From contig NZ_CP042905.2 in assembly GCF_008000775.2 (NCBI RefSeq), forward strand, positions 2,040,001 to 2,072,000: a stretch of 32,000 nucleotides of DNA. Direction: 5' to 3'. Position numbers and translations under genes: made by a program. This DNA comes from Promethearchaeum syntrophicum (GTDB lineage Archaea > Asgardarchaeota > Lokiarchaeia > Sigyniarchaeales > Promethearchaeaceae). Shown here one piece after another: positions 1-9,502 of this stretch. The notes beneath the pieces are model-generated. The model ran no database searches, was not told the DNA's origin, and worked only from the letters and a program-made list of their open reading frames with translations. Within the stretch, counting starts at the first letter, position 1; every line of letters begins with the position of its first letter.

Positions 1-485
1 TTTATGCCTCTGGTAAGAGAGAGCTCTTTTGAGTTTCCAATTATATCATTCTTAAGAAATTCAAATGCGTCGTCATTATCTAAAATATTTATATATTCCA
101 CTGGAGGTAATGAATTTTCCTCACGGGTGATTTTATACGCAGATTTCATATCAACAAATGATTTTTCACATTTGTCAATTTTTAAATCACCTTCTGACCT
201 AATACTGGTAATTTTCTCCGAAAGTAATTTTTCCCAAGCTGAAATAGGTTCATTGATCGTAATTTTCATTGGGCGATCATATACTTGAATTAAACCCAAT
301 TGTTTTAATAGACTGAAAATCTTATAGATTCTCTTAATTGATAAATCCAAATTATTTGCTAATTCTTTTGGATTGTCAATTGATTGGTTTTTCAGAAGAT
401 AATCATAGACGATTTCAACTCCTTTTTCTTTCACTTCAATTGAGCTGAAAATTTCAATCAAACTTGAAAATGAATTCTTCTCCAT
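1..485 (-). CDS. Partial wHTH-like regulatory protein (C-terminus runs off the left edge)
   Basis: Open minus-strand frame from ATG (complement of 'cat' 483-485) to the window edge: MEKNSFSSLIEIFSSIEVKEKGVEIVYDYLLKNQSIDNPKELANNLDLSIKRIYKIFSLLKQLGLIQVYDRP..., with a helix-turn-helix-like segment. Absent from the ORF track because it is truncated. Starts about 21 nt downstream of the GTPase stop, same strand. Confidence 0.6.
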   Translation of the reverse strand, partial: MEKNSFSSLIEIFSSIEVKEKGVEIVYDYLLKNQSIDNPKELANNLDLSIKRIYKIFSLLKQLGLIQVYDRPMKITINEPISAWEKLLSEKITSIRSEGDLKIDKCEKSFVDMKSAYKITREENSLPPVEYINILDNDDAFEFLKNDIIGNSKELSLTRGI

Positions 486-506
486 ATATATTATCCCTTC
501 TATCCT

Positions 507-1046
507 CTATAAGCAATTACTTAACATTATATCTGTAAGTTCTTGGAAAACTTTCTCTACATTATCTCCCCTTTTAGCACTAACTTCAATATGACCAACG
601 AGATTGTTCATATTAGCTGTTTGTTCACCGTGTTCATGAGGGATTTTTCGTGCATCTTCTAAATCAATTTTATTCCCTACAAGGTAAATTGGGATATCAT
701 TATTTTTTTCCCTAATAATTTGAATCCAACTATCAAGAGCATCGAGTGTCTCAGGTCTGGTTATATCATATAAAAAGAACACACCACTACTACCTAAGCA
801 ATACGTCGGAAGTAAAAACCGGAAACGTTTTTCACCTCCAAGATCCCAAATCTGGAGTTTTACTACTTTTTTTCCTTTTCCTTCTTTTGTATCGACTTCG
901 ACGGTTTTTACATAAAATTCTACTCCAACTGTTAATCTAATATCAGGATTAAAGACCCCGGTAATATATCTTTCAGATAAGCTTGTCTTTCCCGTGGATT
1001 CAGAGCCTAACATTAAAATTTTAAACGTGAAATCAATTTTTGACAT
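507..1046 (-). CDS. Ras/Rab-superfamily small GTPase
   Basis: 179 aa; G1 GSESTGKTS, G3 WDLGGEKRF, G4 NKID, G5 SAK. Confidence 0.93.
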   Translation of the reverse strand: MSKIDFTFKILMLGSESTGKTSLSERYITGVFNPDIRLTVGVEFYVKTVEVDTKEGKGKKVVKLQIWDLGGEKRFRFLLPTYCLGSSGVFFLYDITRPETLDALDSWIQIIREKNNDIPIYLVGNKIDLEDARKIPHEHGEQTANMNNLVGHIEVSAKRGDNVEKVFQELTDIMLSNCL

Positions 1047-1214
1047 TTTAGTTTCCTTCTGATATGATATTGATAAAAAACTTGAGTTTTGCTTGTATGA
1101 TTATTTATGATTCCATAATATAAATTCGAGTTTATTTTTTTTTCTCTATATTGAAAAATTGTAAATTTTTAATATATATATTTTTAGAATTAAGTTAGAT
1201 AGTGAAAAAAATTC

Positions 1215-1820
1215 ATGGTAGAAGTAAAATTTGGACTAAAAAACCCTTATAAAGTATACATAGTGAGAAATTGGCGGGATCTTATAGATCAAATCAGAAT
1301 ATCATCAATATTTACTATTGGTTTATTAATTGTTGCAATTTATCAAAATATAATTCATAATAATACTAGAATTTATTTTTATATTTGGCCATTAATTAGT
1401 TTGATATTGTTAATCTATTTTTTAATTCCAACTTCTAAAATCACTTTTGATTTGGAAAAAAATTTCTGGAAGATACAATATTACGCAATTGTGCCGATTA
1501 AAAAGTTTGAAGGGACAATCTCATCGTTAACTAAAATAATATCAACTGAAAATATAGATGAGAGAAAAAAATATAAATATTCTTTAAAAAATTCGAAATT
1601 ATATTCTGATTTAAGTGTTTTAGAGTCGAATAATGAAGGTGAATATAAAAAAAAGATTATTTATTCCAATAAAACGTATAGTTATCAATCTCATAAATAT
1701 AATGTAAAGCAGAATGAAAAAATCGGAATAGTGCTCGAAAATTTTTTCCAAAATTTAAATATACAAATTGAATTTGAGAAATTATTTAATCATTTCCCAA
1801 ATACGAACATAAAAAAATAA
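1215..1820 (+). CDS. Uncharacterised membrane protein with two N-terminal TM segments
   Basis: 201 aa intact ORF with hydrophobic IFTIGLLIVAIY and IWPLISLILLIYFLI segments; no family recognised. Confidence 0.6.
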   Translation: MVEVKFGLKNPYKVYIVRNWRDLIDQIRISSIFTIGLLIVAIYQNIIHNNTRIYFYIWPLISLILLIYFLIPTSKITFDLEKNFWKIQYYAIVPIKKFEGTISSLTKIISTENIDERKKYKYSLKNSKLYSDLSVLESNNEGEYKKKIIYSNKTYSYQSHKYNVKQNEKIGIVLENFFQNLNIQIEFEKLFNHFPNTNIKK

Positions 1821-1841
1821 TAAAAATATTAAATAATTATA

Positions 1842-2861
1842 GTGTCAAAAACAAAATCAACTAAAAAAACTAATATCGTATCTACTTCTTATGTTAGAAA
1901 TCAAGCTCGAAGGAAAGTACTACAAACAGAAGCAAAAAGAGAAAGAGAAGGTCGAAAATTAGGATTTTTTTTACTAAAAAACCAATTTAGAGAAAATTAT
2001 GGACTACTTAAATGGGATTTATTACTTACGATTCTTTTATTAGCTGCATTTTTCTGGGGTCGAGGGCTTACATTTTTAGCCATTATAGTATATTTACAAA
2101 TTTACGTTGCTTCATACTTTATATTTAATTATAGAAAATATAGATTGGCACCTTTCATAATGAGTTTTTCAATTTTACCATTCATTATTTATATAATGAG
2201 TCCAAATTTTGAAAGATATCTCGATCCTGATTTAATGGAACTTTTCAAAAGTTCTTTTCTATTTAGCACTTGGGCAATTTTATCATATGGCGCTTTTTGG
2301 TTTATAATTATTTATAAAAATAGGAGAGAATATCAAAATGCCCAAGAAAAAGAATTGTGTCTGGTGTGTGGTAAGCAAAAAGAAGATTTCGTAATACATA
2401 TGGGGCACTTTTTATGTAAAGAATGCTATTTAGAACAAGCATATAAGCTAAAAAATTTCAACGGGATCGATATTTATATGTGGGATTATGAAGTATTATC
2501 TTATCTAGAACACCAAATTGGGGAAAAAATTCCAAATTATAATTTAACTGAAGAAAATAATATTTTCAAACCTGAATTTGAAAACAAATTATTTTTTAGT
2601 GTTGAAGAAAATAGTGTAACAGCCATTTCAATCCCTAATAAAAGAATAAAACTAAATTTGCCAGAAGAAATTGGATTGCTTCACACTCTCAGATTTTTGA
2701 ATTTTCCAGGGAACCAAATATCAAAACTGCCTTACTCTATGAGAACTTTATTCCAATTAAAATTTCTAAATTTAAAAAACAATCCTCTTGAGTATCTTCC
2801 TGGTCACAGTTTAAAATCTCTAACTCTTTTAAAAAGAAGAGGATGTAATATATTAAGATAA
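1842..2861 (+). CDS. Membrane protein with Cys/His zinc-binding-like module and C-terminal leucine-rich repeats
   Basis: 339 aa, GTG start; TM segments; CLVCGKQKEDFVIHMGHFLCKEC; LRRs LPEEIGLLHTLRFLNFPGNQISKLPYSMRTLFQLKFLNLKNNPLEYLP. Confidence 0.75.
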   Translation: MSKTKSTKKTNIVSTSYVRNQARRKVLQTEAKREREGRKLGFFLLKNQFRENYGLLKWDLLLTILLLAAFFWGRGLTFLAIIVYLQIYVASYFIFNYRKYRLAPFIMSFSILPFIIYIMSPNFERYLDPDLMELFKSSFLFSTWAILSYGAFWFIIIYKNRREYQNAQEKELCLVCGKQKEDFVIHMGHFLCKECYLEQAYKLKNFNGIDIYMWDYEVLSYLEHQIGEKIPNYNLTEENNIFKPEFENKLFFSVEENSVTAISIPNKRIKLNLPEEIGLLHTLRFLNFPGNQISKLPYSMRTLFQLKFLNLKNNPLEYLPGHSLKSLTLLKRRGCNILR

Positions 2862-2868
2862 TACTTCT

Positions 2869-3678
2869 CTATTTATTTTTTAATATTTGAATTGAGTTAT
2901 AGATTAAATTTCTCATTGGGGTAAAATCTTCATTTTCAAGAGAAATTTCAAGAATTTTTTCAGCTTTTTTACCACCAAGCGAAGTTATTCCTTCAAATAT
3001 CGCTTTTCTAACTGCTAAATCCTTCTCATTTTCTAGCATTTTTTGAAAAGTTTTTTTAATCCATTTACGATTCCCTGTTTCAGAAATAATTTTTATTCCC
3101 TCAATACGTTCTAAAAAATCTTCAGAATTAATCATAATTTGCGCTAATTTGACATTATCTGGATTGATTTCTTTCATTAAGCGGGCAGCTAACTCTTTTC
3201 GTTGAGGAGATCTATCTTGGAGATATTGTTCTAAAATTTCTTCTCTATTTCCCGGTGTTTTTAAAAGTGTTCGAATTGCTTGCTGTTGTAAAGGTTTATG
3301 AGATGAAAATATTAAATTGATGATGAATGGAGTAAAGATCGAATTTTTCAAAGATGAAACAAGCTGCAATCCTTTTATTTGATATATTGGGCGACTTTCA
3401 GCTTTAATTAAATACATTGCAATTTTGTGACCCGATTTCGAGGGAACTGAAATCATCGTTAGTTGATTTAGAAAGTATGGGATTAAATTTGAATTCAAAT
3501 GAGAAATTAAATAATTTAATATCTGATCCGTATACTGATATGTCTTATCAAGAATTTCTTCTAATAATTTTTCTATTACTAAATCTATTTTCTTGAATTT
3601 AACTATATTTTGAGAATTTTCGGTTATGTCTTTCAAAAAATTTATAGTCTCACTGTTTTCCTCACAAAAATATGACAT
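2869..3678 (-). CDS. HEAT-repeat-like alpha-solenoid protein
   Basis: 269 aa; repeating helical units such as PLQQQAIRTLLKTPGNREEILEQYLQDRSPQRKELAARLMKEI and DLAVRKAIFEGITSLGGKKAEKIL. Confidence 0.6.
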   Translation of the reverse strand: MSYFCEENSETINFLKDITENSQNIVKFKKIDLVIEKLLEEILDKTYQYTDQILNYLISHLNSNLIPYFLNQLTMISVPSKSGHKIAMYLIKAESRPIYQIKGLQLVSSLKNSIFTPFIINLIFSSHKPLQQQAIRTLLKTPGNREEILEQYLQDRSPQRKELAARLMKEINPDNVKLAQIMINSEDFLERIEGIKIISETGNRKWIKKTFQKMLENEKDLAVRKAIFEGITSLGGKKAEKILEISLENEDFTPMRNLIYNSIQILKNK

Positions 3679-3878
3679 ATATTAATCTAAAAAAGGATTT
3701 AGATTATTAAAAGTATTTTTATTAAATAGTAATTAAAACAATAGCAATATTGGCGATTATAAAATAATAGGGAAACATTTTTTTACACAAACGTTTTATC
3801 AATAACTATAATAATTATTATTATTAAATAGCTAAAATAAAATAAAGAGATTTTAGAAATTCAGTTGATGATCTAATT

Positions 3879-5267
3879 ATGGAATTTGATGCAACTTTAG
3901 AGAAGGAAGCAATGGAAATTATATTTAATTTGATTCAAAGAACTTCTGAGATAGTTCTATTTAGAGTTTATTATGATTCAGGTGATCGAAAATCTGTATT
4001 TTTAGATCTCGGGAAAACTGCCAATCAAATTTTAGGGATTCCTCAACGAATTTCTGTTGATGAATTTCTTTCACTTGTTCATCCCGATTATCTCGACGAT
4101 TTAAATTCAACAATTCATGATTTAAGAGAAATAAATCAAGTTTTAGATTATGAAGTTCAGTTTTTTAATCCTAACATTAAAAAATATATTTGGATACATA
4201 TTTTAACGAACTATTTGCCAATAAATGATAAAAATAAGGATAAAAGATGTGTTATTGGAATTATAGAGGATATAACAGATATAAAAAATCGAGAATCGAG
4301 TTTATATTTAAAAGATGAACAGATCCAAAGTTATAAGGTAGTTTCTGTCATCGCTTCTATGCTTATGCATAAAAATGAAGAATTAACTGAAAACATCTCT
4401 GAAATATTAAAAACTATGGGGAATTCATTAAAAGCTACATGTATCGCAGTATACCGAGATACTAATGAAATTAGTAATAAAGAATCAGAAAATCAAACTT
4501 CTTATGTTTTATCAGATAAATGGTGTATCCAACAAGAAGATAAATTTTGTAAAGAATTTGATAATTTATTTGTTAATGAATTATTATATGAGTTAGAATG
4601 TTCTTCGATGAAGATGTATACAGAAAGAAATTCTGATGAATATCCAAGTGAGTTAATTCCATTATTAGAACGAGCAAAAATTGGTTCATTTTTACGCGTT
4701 CCCATTTTTATTGGGAAAGAACGTTATGGAACTCTGATAGTGAATTATGCAGATAAAAATCGGAAATTCAAACATAATGAAATTGTGTTATGTCTAAATA
4801 TCACCTATTTAATTGGATTAGGATTAAAAATAAATAAGGAAAATGAATCAAAAATAGACCTATTACAATTTTTTGATGATTTACAATTAGGAGTTTTCAT
4901 CATTCAGCAAAATGAGGCAGGAATATATAGATTTGCTTATGTAAACTCCCAAATATGTAAAATATCTGGATATACTAAGGAGGAAATTTACACGGTTCCT
5001 AATTTTACTGATGTGGTTGCAATCAAAGATGAATCTTTCATAAGATCTTTCCAATCAAAAGAATTTGCTGTTAAAAATTTGCCTAAATCGTTTGAAATTA
5101 ACATTAATGTAAAAAATGGTAATTTACCTGTAAAAATCTCCTTAGCTAACGGTGAATTTAATGATCACTATGCAATCTACGGATTAGTTTTCCAATCATT
5201 AAAAGAAAATGATGTTTCGGCCCATTATACTGAAATAATTGAGAAAATCAATCAAAAATCCCATTAG
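3879..5267 (+). CDS. PAS-GAF-PAS sensory protein without a recognisable kinase domain
   Basis: 462 aa; PAS/PAC-like YEVQFFNPNIKKYIWIHILTNYLPINDKNKDKRCVIGIIEDITDIKNRE; GAF-like SFLRVPIFIGKERYGTLIVNYADKNRKFKHNEI; second PAS FAYVNSQICKISGYTKEEI; ends without H-box or HATPase motifs. Confidence 0.75.
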   Translation: MEFDATLEKEAMEIIFNLIQRTSEIVLFRVYYDSGDRKSVFLDLGKTANQILGIPQRISVDEFLSLVHPDYLDDLNSTIHDLREINQVLDYEVQFFNPNIKKYIWIHILTNYLPINDKNKDKRCVIGIIEDITDIKNRESSLYLKDEQIQSYKVVSVIASMLMHKNEELTENISEILKTMGNSLKATCIAVYRDTNEISNKESENQTSYVLSDKWCIQQEDKFCKEFDNLFVNELLYELECSSMKMYTERNSDEYPSELIPLLERAKIGSFLRVPIFIGKERYGTLIVNYADKNRKFKHNEIVLCLNITYLIGLGLKINKENESKIDLLQFFDDLQLGVFIIQQNEAGIYRFAYVNSQICKISGYTKEEIYTVPNFTDVVAIKDESFIRSFQSKEFAVKNLPKSFEININVKNGNLPVKISLANGEFNDHYAIYGLVFQSLKENDVSAHYTEIIEKINQKSH

Positions 5268-5429
5268 ATCTATCAATACGGATGAATAAAAAAACCACAA
5301 ATGTAGATGCTACCTTTTTCATTCTTTCTCCGAAATTCCTATAAAAAAGCTTTTTAACACACCGTTTTCAAATTTAAAATAATTAGTGAAATTTATCTCA
5401 TATGTCTATTTAAAGAGAATAAAAATTAG

Positions 5430-6929
5430 TTGAAAATTATGTTATATAATAAAATTGAAGAAAAAGATGTCGAATTCTTTGAATCTGTCGTAGGTAAAAG
5501 GTTTGTTTCGGCCAATCCCGCTATTTGTGCAAGTTATTCAAGTAAATCAATAATGGGTCTTGAATCCCAAATTGCTGAAGCAGTAGTACGACCAAGATAC
5601 ACCAATGAAGTTCGAAATATTCTTATATGGTGTTCAGATCGAAGAATTCCGGTCACACCAGTTTCCGCTGGATTATCCGGTGGTTTTGCATGCCCCGTAT
5701 TTAAACCTGCGGGAGTCCATCTTGATATGAGCAGAATGGATCGAATTATCGAGATTGATGAAGACAATAGATACGTTGTAATCGAACCGGGAGTCACAAA
5801 CGGTGAGCTGTGGGCTTATATGAAGAAATATCACCCCGATTACATCCCTCCGATAGCTGACGGAGCACCTCCAGCTGCAACTGTTCTAGGAGACGGTATT
5901 GATAGAGGTTTCTCTTTGGTAACTAGCTCTATGGGGCCACAAGGAGAAATTTTTATGGGTGCTGAAGTTGTAATGCCTACAGGTGATATATTGAATTATG
6001 GTTCAATGGCGCTAAACGGTACTAAGCCGTTTTATAGATGGGGTTTAGGACCTGAATTGTTCTCAACTTTGATGGGTAGCCAAGGAACTATGGGTATCGT
6101 CACCAAAGGTGTAGTTAAAATATTCCCACACCCTCATTTTAAAACCGTTAAAGCATGGGCTATGGGAAATCCACAAGATATGCAAGATTTAACCCTTCAG
6201 ATCGGGAAACTTGAATTTGGGATCGCACATAATACTGTGATGGTTCAAGGTGGAAACTGGCCTCTGGTTATGACTCGCTGGCCAAAAGATAAGGTTCCTA
6301 ATGATTATTCATTTTATGAAAAAATTGGTATTCCTAAATGGTGGATGAATTGGGAGATTTGGGCAAATACACAAGAAGAGTTAGACTTTGTTTGTAAAAC
6401 TATTGATGAATATGCAATTAACTTTAAAAATTCAGACAAATGTCGAGAACCAGATGCTATTCGAGAATGGAAACTTCATCCAAAACAGATCGAATCACGT
6501 ATGAAAAAACCAAATAAAATTGCTGTGCCCTATAGTTGGTGGGAAGCTGGTTTTCTATTCATTACATGGTATACTCCATGGAATGAATGCGCTGAATTTG
6601 CGGAATACTATAACAGCATTCTCAAAAAATATGGGTTTGCCGAAGTTATGTGGATCGCTTCAATCGAACGATGCAGACAAGCTATCTGTATGCCAATCGT
6701 GTGCTTTGATAGTAGCAAACCTGATGATTTCATCAGAGTTCAGGATATGAATCGCGAAACGACGGAATATTGTCTAAAGAAGGGTTGGATAAATTACAGG
6801 CCTGATCCAAACATTCACGCACCATCAACCTACAGCATGGCCGGTACTTACCTTAAATATTTGCGAAAGGTCAAAGAAATGTTCGATCCGAATTATATCA
6901 TGCACCCAGGGAGGCTTATGCTACCATAG
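5430..6929 (+). CDS. FAD-linked oxidase (PCMH/VAO type; GlcD- or 4-cresol-dehydrogenase-like)
   Basis: 499 aa; VTPVSAGLSGG, VVIEPGVTNGELWAYMKKY, ADGAPPAATVLGDGIDRGFSLVTSSMGPQGEIFMGAEVVMPTGDIL, MGSQGTMGIVTKGVVKIFP. Confidence 0.88.
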   Translation: MKIMLYNKIEEKDVEFFESVVGKRFVSANPAICASYSSKSIMGLESQIAEAVVRPRYTNEVRNILIWCSDRRIPVTPVSAGLSGGFACPVFKPAGVHLDMSRMDRIIEIDEDNRYVVIEPGVTNGELWAYMKKYHPDYIPPIADGAPPAATVLGDGIDRGFSLVTSSMGPQGEIFMGAEVVMPTGDILNYGSMALNGTKPFYRWGLGPELFSTLMGSQGTMGIVTKGVVKIFPHPHFKTVKAWAMGNPQDMQDLTLQIGKLEFGIAHNTVMVQGGNWPLVMTRWPKDKVPNDYSFYEKIGIPKWWMNWEIWANTQEELDFVCKTIDEYAINFKNSDKCREPDAIREWKLHPKQIESRMKKPNKIAVPYSWWEAGFLFITWYTPWNECAEFAEYYNSILKKYGFAEVMWIASIERCRQAICMPIVCFDSSKPDDFIRVQDMNRETTEYCLKKGWINYRPDPNIHAPSTYSMAGTYLKYLRKVKEMFDPNYIMHPGRLMLP

Positions 6930-6936
6930 GTAGGGA

Positions 6937-8373
6937 GTGATTATCATGGAACGATTAAGAGAATTAAAAGGTGATATTTACAAGTGCATTCATTGCAAAG
7001 CTTGTAGATTTTCATATAGTGGAGAACCAGATAAAGAAGGTTTAGGTGTACATGTTGGAACTCAAGGAGATGAAACTTTCTATGAAGGTATGGTTCAATC
7101 TTGCCCTGCTGGAATAGAATATGGCTGGGAAGCATATTGGAATGCAGGAAAAATCTGGATTGCACGTGCAGTATTAGAAGGTGACCTTGATTTAGTGAAA
7201 AATGGTCAAGATATTGCCGATGTAGTATATCCTTGTATTACTTGCGGAATGTGTGCTGCTCAATGTGAAAATCAAATTCGAACTGTTGAAATCATCGAGG
7301 CACTTCGGGCTGCCGTTATCGAAGCTGGCTTCAAACCCCTTGGCAAACATGCTTGGATGACGAATGCATCTAAAACCAAAGGTAATCCCTATGGTGGTGT
7401 GAAAGAAGAGCGAACTAAATGGGCTGTGGATGCTGGCTTTAAAGATATGATCAACAAAACAGGTACGAAAATTGCCTACTATGTCGGCTGTACGGCATCA
7501 TATCGTCAGAAAAACGTAGCAGCAGCGACGGTTGATTTAATGCAGAAACTGGGTTACGATATAACTTTATTAAAAGAGGAGCAATGTTGTGGCAGTCCAT
7601 TCTTCAGAACGGGTATTATGGATGAGGCATTACGATCTATGAATCATAATCTCGAAATTTTCAAAGATTTTGACCTATTAGTGTTTTCCTGCGCTGGTTG
7701 TTATCGTACTTTCACGATTGATTACATGAAGTGGGCTCCTGAAAAAGTTAAATATAAAACCATGCATGCAATGGAATTAATTTCGGAGATGGTACGTATG
7801 GGCAAAATTAAGTTCAAAGAACATCCAGATCTCAAAGGGAAAGTCGCCACATATCATGATCCTTGTCATACAGGAAGACATTATGGACTTTGGTATAAAG
7901 AGCGATTAATTGAGGAATCAAACAACATTATGATGGATATGCGCGCAATTAATAAAATTATTGATGATTGGTATGAAATTCCACGCCGAATTATAAAAGC
8001 TATCCCGGGACTCAAATTCAATGAAATGTACCGAATTAAAATGGATAGTTTTTGTTGTGGTGCAGGTGGTGGTGTTCGAGCCCAATATCCGGAATTCAGC
8101 GTACGAACAGCCCATCTTAGGATGGACGAAGGTGATGCAGTGGGTGCAGATTTTATGTTGACTGAATGTCCATTCTGTTGGCGTAATTTGGATGATGCTA
8201 ACACAGAATATAAACACGGAAAGAAGGTAATGACTATCTTAGAGATGATTTCAACCTACGATCTAATTGAAGATGCCTCAGCGATACGTATTGAAGATGC
8301 CTTGCGTGAGCACCATACCGAAACTCTTTTCCCTTCTGTTCAAAAGAAGAAGAAGAAAACCAAGAAAAAGTAA
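6937..8373 (+). CDS. Fe-S oxidoreductase with CCG domains (HdrD/GlcF-like), probable partner of the upstream flavoprotein
   Basis: Starts 7 nt after the FAD-oxidase ORF (GTG at 6937; ATG at 6946 more likely). CIHCKAC, CITCGMCAAQC, CCGSPFFRTG...CAGCYR, CHTGRH, CCGAGGGVRAQYPE...CPFCWRN. Lys-rich C-terminus. Confidence 0.88.
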   Translation: MIIMERLRELKGDIYKCIHCKACRFSYSGEPDKEGLGVHVGTQGDETFYEGMVQSCPAGIEYGWEAYWNAGKIWIARAVLEGDLDLVKNGQDIADVVYPCITCGMCAAQCENQIRTVEIIEALRAAVIEAGFKPLGKHAWMTNASKTKGNPYGGVKEERTKWAVDAGFKDMINKTGTKIAYYVGCTASYRQKNVAAATVDLMQKLGYDITLLKEEQCCGSPFFRTGIMDEALRSMNHNLEIFKDFDLLVFSCAGCYRTFTIDYMKWAPEKVKYKTMHAMELISEMVRMGKIKFKEHPDLKGKVATYHDPCHTGRHYGLWYKERLIEESNNIMMDMRAINKIIDDWYEIPRRIIKAIPGLKFNEMYRIKMDSFCCGAGGGVRAQYPEFSVRTAHLRMDEGDAVGADFMLTECPFCWRNLDDANTEYKHGKKVMTILEMISTYDLIEDASAIRIEDALREHHTETLFPSVQKKKKKTKKK

Positions 8374-8540
8374 TTAGAAATTCACCTCAATCGATTTGGT
8401 TAGGTAAACTTTTTTTTCATTTTTTTATCTCATTAATCTCAAATAAATTTCTTATATTCATTGATTTTAAAAAATGTTTTTTTTTATATTGTGAAAAGTT
8501 CAATTAAAGATGGGGCATATAATTATAACAAGACTGTACG

Positions 8541-9308
8541 ATGATGCTCGGATTGGAAAAAAATAATTATCAGAAAGCAAGCAATTGGATCCTGACCTCA
8601 AAATATACCGTAGTTTTCACAGGAGCGGGTATTTCTGTAGAAAGTGGGATTCCACCGTTTCGAGGTGAAAACGGCTTATGGTCAAAATATAACCCAATAT
8701 TTTTAGAAACAAATTATTTTAGAGCACATCCAAAAAAATCTTGGGAACTTATTAAAGAGATTTTTTATGATTTTTTTGGCCAAGCGAAACCGAATGAATC
8801 TCATCGAATTCTCGCAAAATGGGAGAAAAATAAATTAATTCAAACGATTATTACCCAGAATATCGATAATCTCCATCATGAAGCGGGGAGTAAAAACATT
8901 TTGGAATTCCATGGAACCGCCCAAACTCTTTCATGCATAGATTGTAATATGCAATATTGCAGTAAAAAATTCCTGAATTCGCTTCCACCACACTGTTCTG
9001 ATTGCGGTGGATTATTAAAGCCCGATTTTGTTTTTTTTTCAGAACCGATTCCCACGATAGTTCATCAAGATTCAATAACAAATGCTAAAATAGCGGATTT
9101 ATTCATTCTGGTTGGAACTACTGGAGAAATCATGCCTGCATCAATGATTCCTTATGTAGCTAAGGAGAATGGGGCGAAATTTATTGAGATTAATGTTAAC
9201 CCTTCTAAATATACAAAATCCATTACTGATATATTTCTTCAAGGAAAAGCGACTGATGTTTTCATGAAATTGGATAAAAAAATTTTATCAAAGAAAGAAG
9301 AAAACTAA
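8541..9308 (+). CDS. Sir2-family NAD-dependent protein deacylase (sirtuin)
   Basis: 255 aa; FTGAGISVESGIPPFRG, TQNIDNLHHEAG, EFHGT, CIDC...CSDC zinc site, KPDFVFFSE, VGTTGEIMPA. Confidence 0.95.
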   Translation: MMLGLEKNNYQKASNWILTSKYTVVFTGAGISVESGIPPFRGENGLWSKYNPIFLETNYFRAHPKKSWELIKEIFYDFFGQAKPNESHRILAKWEKNKLIQTIITQNIDNLHHEAGSKNILEFHGTAQTLSCIDCNMQYCSKKFLNSLPPHCSDCGGLLKPDFVFFSEPIPTIVHQDSITNAKIADLFILVGTTGEIMPASMIPYVAKENGAKFIEINVNPSKYTKSITDIFLQGKATDVFMKLDKKILSKKEEN

Positions 9309-9502
9309 TCTTTAGCTACTTGATGATTTAGAATTTTTGTCAATCGAAGCAACCTTTCGGATATCAAATTATATAAAACTTTTCTTACCAACAATTTTTT
9401 CATTCTAAATTAGACTCAAAGGATTTTGTATTATAAACATTATTTTTTAATACTCCAAATCGGTCAATTATCTAATAATTATACAAATAAGCAGAGAGAA
9501 AA

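Noticed and set aside
4-940. Plus-strand ORFs 4..288 and 746..940
   Set aside because: Antisense to the minus-strand wHTH frame and GTPase; low-complexity translations without domain signal.
3795-3835. Palindromic AT runs (aataattattatt) as a structured element
   Set aside because: Low-complexity sequence expected at this base composition; similar runs occur before other genes.
5534-8217. ORFs 5534..5797, 6520..6750, 6944..7165, 7881..8204, 7918..8217
   Set aside because: Alternative-frame or antisense shadows of the strongly supported flavoprotein and Fe-S genes.
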